From Schmidtea polychroa (lineage: Eukaryota), in assembly GCA_044892525.1 (NCBI GenBank), contig CM097885.1:17300001-17364000 (forward strand): 64,000 bases of DNA, written 5' to 3'. The position numbers were made by a program, and so were the translations under genes. Position 1 is the first letter of the stretch; each line of letters starts with the position of its first letter. Positions 55,141-64,000 of this stretch are shown here, piece by piece. Below the pieces are notes generated by a model, which made no database searches, was not told the origin of the DNA, and was given only the letters and a program-made list of their open reading frames with translations.

Positions 55141-58100
55141 TCATTGTATATTTGATTTATCTATCAAGGGGTCACACTTGGACACTTGATAAAATTTATT
55201 GATCGATTCTGAATATTTCTTTTCCAAATTACAAGCAGGTAAGTCTGCTCTATCTAAATCATCAAAATAATCATGCAATAAGGCGTCTCGGATATTTATG
55301 CGCTCAGGAGGGTAGTATACCAACATTTTCTAAATATAAATCGAGTATTACGAATGAAAATTAAATATTTTATCCAAATGAAGCTAAATATAAATTCCAC
55401 TTATCTATTTATCAATCCATTTATCAATTTATATATCAATCTATTTATCAATTTAATTATCAATTTAATAATCAATTTAATTTATCAATTTATTATAAGA
55501 ACTTTTTCCAATTTCACCACTGATTATTTTTTCCATTGAATTTATTAAAAAGAGAGCTTGAAGACTATAAATCAGTAACATATCGATGTTTTTTTTATAC
55601 TCACGAATTTTCGGCACTGCCTTTTTTAAGTGAATTTCTTTTTAATAAATTTAATCTATTTATCAATCAATTTAATTAACAATTTATTTATCAATCTATT
55701 TATTAATCTATTTATCAATCTAATTTACTCATATTTTAACAATGATTGAAATTAGAAGATGCAGATGTTCATTATCACGCAATTGAATTTAACCCCGGTG
55801 ATATTGCTCTTGTTGGTGTCGTTTGATAGAAAACGAAAAAATCAAAATTTTTATAAAAGCGTGATTCAAACATATTTTTGATCTTATAAAAGTTGTATCG
55901 AAAAACTTGTTGAAAAAGTGTTCAGAGTATTTTTTAATGTAAAATGTGGACTGTGTAACACTGGATTCGACAATAATTAAAGATAATAAAGTGAATGGTG
56001 TTATCTTAAGATTTCAAGATTTCAGTGCTATTGAAAAAGACTTGGATATTTCCAGAATGTCTTTTTAATGTGACCTACAAAGTAGTGAGACTTAGCTTGA
56101 ATTCCAATCTAATAATCACCTTAAATAGCTGTTACTCAATCGCTCAAAATTAGAGTTCTATGGTGAGTGTAGTTCCTATGATGTAATAATTATATAAGAG
56201 GTAAAATGTCATTTAATGTCACTGTGGATTGAAATGATTGATTTAAGGTCTAAACTGGCGGAATAAGGGTTAGGGTGCTTTAGGTTGAATTAAGGATTGA
56301 AAACATGAAGCTAATTAAGGCTTAAGACAGTTGATTTGTGTCAAATTTTAAGGGTTGTCTTAAGATTCATTTCATGATGGAAAAGGTGCGTTTAAATAGT
56401 AAATTTTACAAGTAAGCTCAATTTAAACTCGATAACGGGTCGAAATTGTGACTCCGTGGTGTAAGAGTTGTTTAATAATCTTATATATCTGAGAACAGGC
56501 GTTATCCTAGAAAGAGTTGTATTAGACAAGCAATTATGTAGCTTTATTCATCGTATTGGTATTAAAGAATTTGTAAAAATATAATATTTCCTGAGTCTTT
56601 ATTAATATAAAAAATATTTTCTTTTGTCTGGTGCGCTACCAAAAATGGTTTACTCATCACTGAGTTAATTTCAAAGATATGCAATTAATAATTACTTTTT
56701 ACATTTCAACTATAAACCAATCAATTCCAGAAATCAACATAAACTTATCCAATGAAATCTGGTTGTGTAATTTTATATTTTCCCCTTTCAAATATCCATT
56801 AGAAATCAGTCTTTAGTATTGAGTAACGATTTTATACAGCACATGTGCTCTGATTAAGGGAAATTACATTAGCTAAAATTGAGAAGAGGGACCTCTCGGA
56901 CAACAAAAGAAAAGCCTAAAATGATCAGCTCCAAAGTAGAAAAGAACATAAGTAATCATCTTTTGAGTGGAACTTACTAAGAAAGGTAAAAAGGCTAACG
57001 AAAGATTTAAAGACAAACAATCTACCAATTTTAAATTTTACAATAAATTTTAATTTAAATCGACAACATGACATTTTGATTTCAATATTAATTGAAAATT
57101 GACTTTCTATTGATTGATAATAATAAAATCAATTCAATTTTATAAATATATTGAAAATTAAATTATTGTAAAGTTTTTGATTTCAATTTTATCTGGAAAT
57201 AGACTTTTAATTGATTGATGAATAATTTATTCAATTTCACTAAGAAAAGAACCATTGGAAATGGAGAAGAGAAACAAAATGAATTTATTGGTTAAAAAAC
57301 GAACCACTATTATTAACTATTCATTTCCTATACCCTGTACTATAAAGGTTCAGATTCCCACGGAACCGTTCCCTTACTGGTCTCGGTGGTAAATATGCAC
57401 GATTCCGTTAATGCATCACAGTCGGCACTAGTGTTTCATATGCATATCCATTGATAATTTTTAACCCTGCAGAGCGCGCGCTAAAAAAATTACATGGATG
57501 CGCGCGTTGGGTTTCACAGACCCAATATTGTTTTCTCATGATTTATAGACTTGATTAAAGCTTGATCCCATATTTATCAGGTTTAGATGGAATATATTGT
57601 CGAAAACTGCATCTTCCCCGAATTTTTTTACGCAAAAAAAGATCGTCTAGGTCTGTGAGACCCAACGCGCCCTCTGGAGGGTTAAGAGCTTCGATTGATT
57701 TTGAGCACTTTATTAAATACACACGGACAAGGTAAGAAGTTACAGATGTGAATTATTACATAAGGCACATTAGTGCAATCAATCCAGTTGCGAATTACAC
57801 ACGCATGCGTTAAGATCAATAGATGATTTATATTATATATAAAATGTGTTGTTTAGATCAGAACCGCGCGATTTAAAAAAATTGGTAAAAATTAATGAAA
57901 AAATAAATTAATTTTTTTTATTATAATTAAATTATTTTAACGATATTTGTGTTGTTTAAATATTCAAGATTTTTGGCGCGCATTTTAAAATAATTTATTT
58001 TTTAGATTTATGAAAACCATATTTTACGATTTTTTTAAAATTTTGGGCCATTATCGATTTTTAATGTTGAATAAAATTTATATAAAATGTGTTGTTTATA

Positions 58101-59968
58101 TTAAAATCGCGTGATTTAAAAAATTGGTAAAAATTAACAAAAAATAATTAATTTTTTTACTATAATTAAATTATTTTAACGATATTTGTGTTGTTTAAAT
58201 ATTCAAGAATTTTGGCGCGCGTTTTAAAATAATTTAATTTTTGGATTTATGAAAACTAAATTTCACAAAAAAATGTTTGAATTTTTAGGTCATTATCGAT
58301 TTTCAATATTTGCGATTTTTTTACTTGATAGTTTTCAAATAAATCTTGGTAGTTTGAAATAGATTTCTATTTATTCTCTACAATATTATTTGGGATTGTT
58401 TTAGAAATTATCGATTTTTAAATTTATCAGTTTATACACAACATTAAAAATATTTCTCAGCTTATATTTAGCTGATTGACCTCAGAATAAAATTCTCTAT
58501 TAGGTCATACATTTTTCAAATAAATTATTGATTTTCAAATTTTTAAATTTTAGAATGAAATAATCAATATATTTTCATCTCGTTGAACTTATAATAAAAT
58601 TATCGACAAGATCATTTGAATTATGCATTTGTATTGGATCTGAGTTGTTTGTTACTATTTATAACATGATTTAAAATAAATCAATACAATAAATATCCTA
58701 ATTCACCGAAAAACTGAACAATATTATAATATTAAATCCCTATTAGTTGTAAATTATCCTTTTTAAAGTCTTTAAATCTTTATAAAATTATTATAAAGCT
58801 CAATCGAATATTATTTCCTTAATATTTAATCAATGCAATTCCTAATTTAATAATTTAAAAATCGATTTAATAAATATTATTAAATCGATTAATAAAATTT
58901 TTCATTAATAATATTAATACCGAAATAGCTGAGCTGATAAATCAATCTTACGAATACCACTGGAAATGATTTTAAATTAATTTAATTATTAAAAATTATA
59001 TTTAATGTTAGTAACCAATTTACCTCCAACAAATCTAATAAATTTGCATCAAAAACTTCTGTTAAACGGTTTCTCAAATCATATCGCCAAACTGGGAATA
59101 GTGGATTCCAACCTGGAAGTTTATCTAAATCCGGCCACACTTTATTATCAGGAGTGCCAAGAATTTTGAAAATGGAAAATAATTGATCGATTTCTGAATC
59201 GCCTCGAAAAAGTGGTTTATAAGTGATCATTTCTGCCATTATACAAGCAACTGACCAAACATCAATGGCACAAGAGTATCTTTTAGTGTTAAGAATCACT
59301 TCAGGAGCTCGATACCATAATGTTACTACCTAAATTAAAAATATATAATTAATAGATTTAAACATAAAGAAAAATGTAAACCTCGTGAGTTAAGGCCTTT
59401 ACTGGAGCACCATAACACCTAGCTAGACCAAAATCCGCTAATTTAATAATAAATTTATTAGTGTCAACTAGTAAATTTTGAGGTTTCAAGTCTCGATGCA
59501 TGAAGCGACGAGTATGACAATATAATAAACCCTGCATAATTTGATAAGAAAATTTTTTCAGTATGATATCATTCATTGGATTTTCCTCATTATCCAAATA
59601 TCTGCGCAAATCCATATTTAGATATTCAAATACTAGGTATAATTTTCCTTTTTCAGAGATGGTTTGTTGCAAACTAAAGTGTCGATTTTCCAAAAAATAA
59701 AAAAATAAAAAATTTTACTGAACAATATTTGGATGTTTAAGCTCTTTTAAAATTGAAATTTCTCTTAAAGTCGTAGGAGCTACACCATCTTCATCATTAT
59801 CTGATCGAATTTTTTTAATAGCAGCAAATTCATTGGTTATTTTATTGATACTTTTATAAACAATACCATAGGTTCCTTTAAAAAATATTAAGATATTTAA
59901 TATTGAAAAATGAATTTACCTTCACCAATTTTTTCTATTCGAGTGAAGTCTGATAATTGATACGACAT
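55141..59968 (-). CDS. cdk1: CDK1-like paralog; exons 59968-59920, 59875-59719, 59673-59382, 59329-59024, 55329-55141
   Basis: [44 protein letters not shown] and GDSEIDQ; same intron positions as the + strand copy. Confidence 0.88.
57465..57681. mobile_element. piggyBac-type MITE
   Basis: TTAA-CCCTGCAGAG...CTCTGGAGGG-TTAA plus internal inverted GCGCGTTGGGT..CACAGACC. Confidence 0.75.
57830..58310. repeat. Two-copy ~243-bp tandem duplication
   Basis: AAAATGTGTTGTTT at 57841 and 58084 with collinear downstream sequence. Confidence 0.8.
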
Positions 59969-61451
59969 TTAATGGATTTAGACTTTATCGAAAATTAAAA
60001 TTAATGGCTTATTTAAACAACCAAATAAAGAGATCTATACCATAAAAATATATTTTAAATATGTATATGTAATTTATGTATCAAAACAATACTTCTTACA
60101 TTTATGTTATATAATATAAATTTCAATGAAATATTCTGAAAAGAAGATTTTAATTTTATCAGCCTTCTTAATATTTTAAAATAACAGTTTGCAAAATGTA
60201 TGTTTTATTAAAATTGTTGGGTCTCCTTGGGGATTAGATCGAAAATTTTTAGGGGTTGAAAGAAGATTATCCGTTCGTGACAATCACATGATCAATCACA
60301 TAAACAACATGACTATGCAGACTGACTTCCTGCATACCCATGGCGACATATCATGTTGATACTACATGCAGGGGTTGGGTGTGAGCAGACAAGTGAGCTT
60401 TGTTACCAAGACTGATCTCTCCTAGACCCCCATCAATAATCCTGGACCCCCGATAGTAGAACCAATATTGTACAATAGACTCCTTTCCTAAACACATCAT
60501 GCGTGTGAGCAATGGTCACGTAAACTTCAGGGATTCCTTGTTAACGTAGGGTGAATCCAATTAACCATAAACAACTTGTTGAGGTCTCGATAACAAGAAT
60601 TGAGATTTTCAACGTTGCACTGGTGTTATCTATTTAAATATATTGAAATATAAAAAATAAAGTCTTAAATTTGAAATATTTATTGAACAAAAACCACCAA
60701 TTTCAATCTGAACAAAATGACGGATATCAATTGTTATTCAAATAATAAATAAGTTCATGAAGCTGTTGTCCTTTTGAATTAGGTTTGATATTCCTTTGGG
60801 TTTGGTATATTATTATTGCTTTTCATCTTATTTTCGCATATATGTTGACGCGGTATTTATTAGGTTCAACTCTGAAATACTTAGTTAATTCAAAGTAATT
60901 TCAAAGTAATCTGTGGCTCGTTCTCTGTCATCAAACATTCCTCACTGGGCAGTCAAGGTAGTGTTCTCTTTACCTTTTTTCGCTAAATACTAGCTCGATT
61001 TCCGAACCGTTTGTATTTATAACTGTTCTTCTGAATTCTTTTTCTAGAGCCAAGTTTGGGATATTTCTTTTGTTAATTCGTCTCGCAAAATGACGACATA
61101 TATCTCTTTCTGTAATTACGCTTTTATTCTTCTCGATCAAAAACTTTGACTCCTCTAATATGATTTCTGGCACGGTTTTAGGTCTTCCTCTGGATCGTCA
61201 ATTTGTATGCCATTGTTAATTTCATCTTATATTTCCTCCTCATGTATCGAAAAATAGTCCTAATCAGAATCTAGATAAAAATCTTCGTTGTTGATGTTTC
61301 TTGTCATCAAGGGTTCTGTTGTGATTGTCATTGTTGGTCTGACTAATTTTTCCTCTCATATAAAAGTTATATCATCATCACAATCCATCAACTCATTCTC
61401 GAATGTCCTTTGTGTTCCATTTCTGTTGAACTTCAATTTTCATTGCGATGA

Positions 61452-61559
<108 letters not shown>

Positions 61560-61897
61560 TCATATATAAAAGGAAAGCACAACAAATAATGGAAAAATCA
61601 ATAAAAGTGCAAAATTAATTAAAATTTACTAAAAATCAAATATCAATAATGAACGGAGGGTATCGGGTATGGTTGAACGACAAATTGATAGACGAGTTCA
61701 AAAATTATAATGAAAATTTAATAAGGTGTTCACAGAGGAAGTTAATGCGAAAAAAGAAATTAATTAATCGGTAATGTAAAGCCCGAGCCCATGGGAAACC
61801 CGAGCGCTGAAGGAGACCCGAGCTATAAGATAAAGAGAGAAAATGTTTTGAGCCCTAATTAAGGGTAAACAAATTAAAATAATCAAAAAACCCTCAA

Positions 61898-64000
61898 AGT
61901 AGTAGGATGTGTCACCACTGGCACATGTCACCTCTGGCACACTACCCCCGGGGGGGTAAACGAAAACTTTTTTTTCAAGGTCAAATTTTAAACAAAGACA
62001 TATGACTCATCAAGGTCATTGAAACAAAGACCATGACTCATCCTATGACTCATCAAGGTCACTGAAACAAAGACCATGACTCATCAATGTCATTGGATGA
62101 CTCACCAAGGTCATTGAAACAAAGACAACGACTCATTCAAGGTCAAAGGATGACTCATCAAGGTCATATTTTTAAGGTCAAGGTCATATTTTTAAGGCCA
62201 ATGTCATATTTCTAAGGTCAAGGTCATATTTTTAAGGTCAAGGTCATATTTTTAAGGTCAAGGTCATATTTTAAGGTCAAGGTCATATTTTTTAAAGGTC
62301 AAGGTCATATTTTTTAAGGTCAAGGCCATATTTTAAGGTCAAACCTTCACCAAAGGGTATCATTCGAAAGGTATTTGAGAGGTCTATCTAATGGTCATAC
62401 CCTCGAAGGTGTATAGCTGAAGAATTATGATCAAACAATATATATCATCTCCAGTATTTGATGGTAAATATTTGTAGAAAATTTAGTGAATTTTGATCTT
62501 TTAATGGGCTCTTATTATTTGTCTGGTTCTATAACAATTAATTAAAAGTCATATTTTTGAATTTCTCTGAGGATTTTAAGAGGATTGATATATATTAAAG
62601 GGCTCAAGTGGGTGAAATCTTTAGGGAAAATAAGGGATATAATCGGATAGATGTTTAAAAGAGTAGAAATATTTGCTGAGAGATCGGATAAGATGGGATA
62701 TTGTCGGTTATTAAATTTAATGAGGGATGGGTTAAGATGGAAATAGATCATTGTAAGGGAGATATAGTCGATTGACTTTAATAAGAAATCGGTTAAGATG
62801 GGAATATATCATTGCAAGGGAGATATAGTCGATTGAATTTAATGAGAGATCGGATAAGGTAGGAATATATCATTGTAAGGGAGATATAGTCGATTGAATT
62901 TAATGAAGGATGGGTTAAGATGGGAATATAGTCGGTTAAATTTAATGAGACATCGGTTAAGATGGGAATATATGATTTTTTTAATGGTGATGTTGGTAAA
63001 ATATCATTGTTTTAAGGGAAATGTCAATTAGTCAGTTATGTATCAATAATAATTATATCGTTTTATTAGGTTGTGATTAATTCATTGTATATTAATTTAG
63101 ATTTATGGATTATTAAGTAAGAATAATGATCGATTTACTTGGTTTTGACGATGAAAACTTTACAGATATTTGGGATTGATATCAACTTTAAATTATTTTT
63201 ATCTTTATTTAGACGGACAACGACAAAAGTTGAGAAATATGGACTTAAAACATTGACTAAATAAAATTGATCTTTATTGGAAGAAATCTTGATTTTAATT
63301 AGTAATTAAATCGGTTGAATATTGGTAAAAATGATCATTTGAAGAAATATATTTTATTGAATGGATAAATTTAATCTTTCAATGGGACCTAGTCAGTTAT
63401 ATTGTAGTAATATTTATTTAAAATATCGAGTACAGTGATTAACAAAAATTTAATTATAACCACTTTTATCATTAGATTTTATAAATTATTTAGGGTTAAT
63501 GATTTTACATGTTTTATAGGGAAATATTCGTGATAATAGGAATTAAAGTTAGAATTATAGTCATTTAAATGGGACTTTAAGCAATCTTATTAGTCTGAGG
63601 GGAATATATGATCCTTTACGGGTACTTATCATTAAAATATCAATCTTTAAATATTGATATATTTAGGGGAAATGATGCTTTTTAGATGATTTTAATGAAT
63701 TATTTGTAATAATATGAATTAAGGGTAGAAATATAGTCATTTAAGGGATTTTAAGGAATCTTATTAGTTTGATGAGAATATATGATCCTTTACGGGTATT
63801 TATCATTACAATACCAATCTTTAAATATTGATATATTTAGGGAAAATGATGCTTTTTAGATGATTTTATTAGATAATTCACTTGGATATACCAATTATTG
63901 CCATTTAAATGAATTTACTGGTTTGTTAGATGTTATCATTAGTTATCTAGTCTCTTTTGGAATTTAATGATAATTATTTTTATTGTAGATTGCTGACTTT
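61898..64000. mobile_element. Left end of another putative Polinton-like element (runs off window)
   Basis: Abrupt start AGTAGTAGG inside an LTR-family repeat, C-tract/G-tract near the end, then subterminal tandem arrays (~20 bp, 61 bp, ~174 bp). No genes in the visible part. Confidence 0.55.

Noticed and set aside
56080..56240. AGTAGT start with weak similarity to Polinton-type ends
   Set aside because: Too short and diverged; no partner end or TSD found.
60240..61450. Degenerate coding-like sequence (ORF 60970-61173)
   Set aside because: No identifiable motif; likely an old retroelement remnant.

Overview
AT-rich, repeat-dense animal genomic DNA with 45-55 nt minimal introns; it looks planarian/flatworm-like, but that is an inference. 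Four host genes are supported: a LicD/fukutin-family gene (2 exons, 17 kb intron), two CDK1 paralogs (one with PSTAIRE, one with APTTLRE) and BBS5. The rest is nested mobile DNA: several hAT-type transposons, a Penelope-like element with hammerhead-like motifs, two fused Ty3/Gypsy fragments, solo LTRs, TTAA MITEs, Tc1/IS630 remnants and a higher-order minisatellite. Three Polinton/Maverick-like segments stand out. (1) A complete 9.4 kb element at 3701-13138 with a 6-bp TSD (AAGTCG); its only recognisable gene is an intron-containing protein-primed PolB, its ~1.65 kb TIR has captured the polymerase 3' end, and it has an internal relic terminus. (2) The right end of an element at 1-1657, ending ...CACTACT, that carries a miniature TBP-like gene and a small spliced Cys-rich gene. 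(3) The left end of another element starting AGTAGT at 61898, with dense nuclear-receptor and AP-1 motif arrays.
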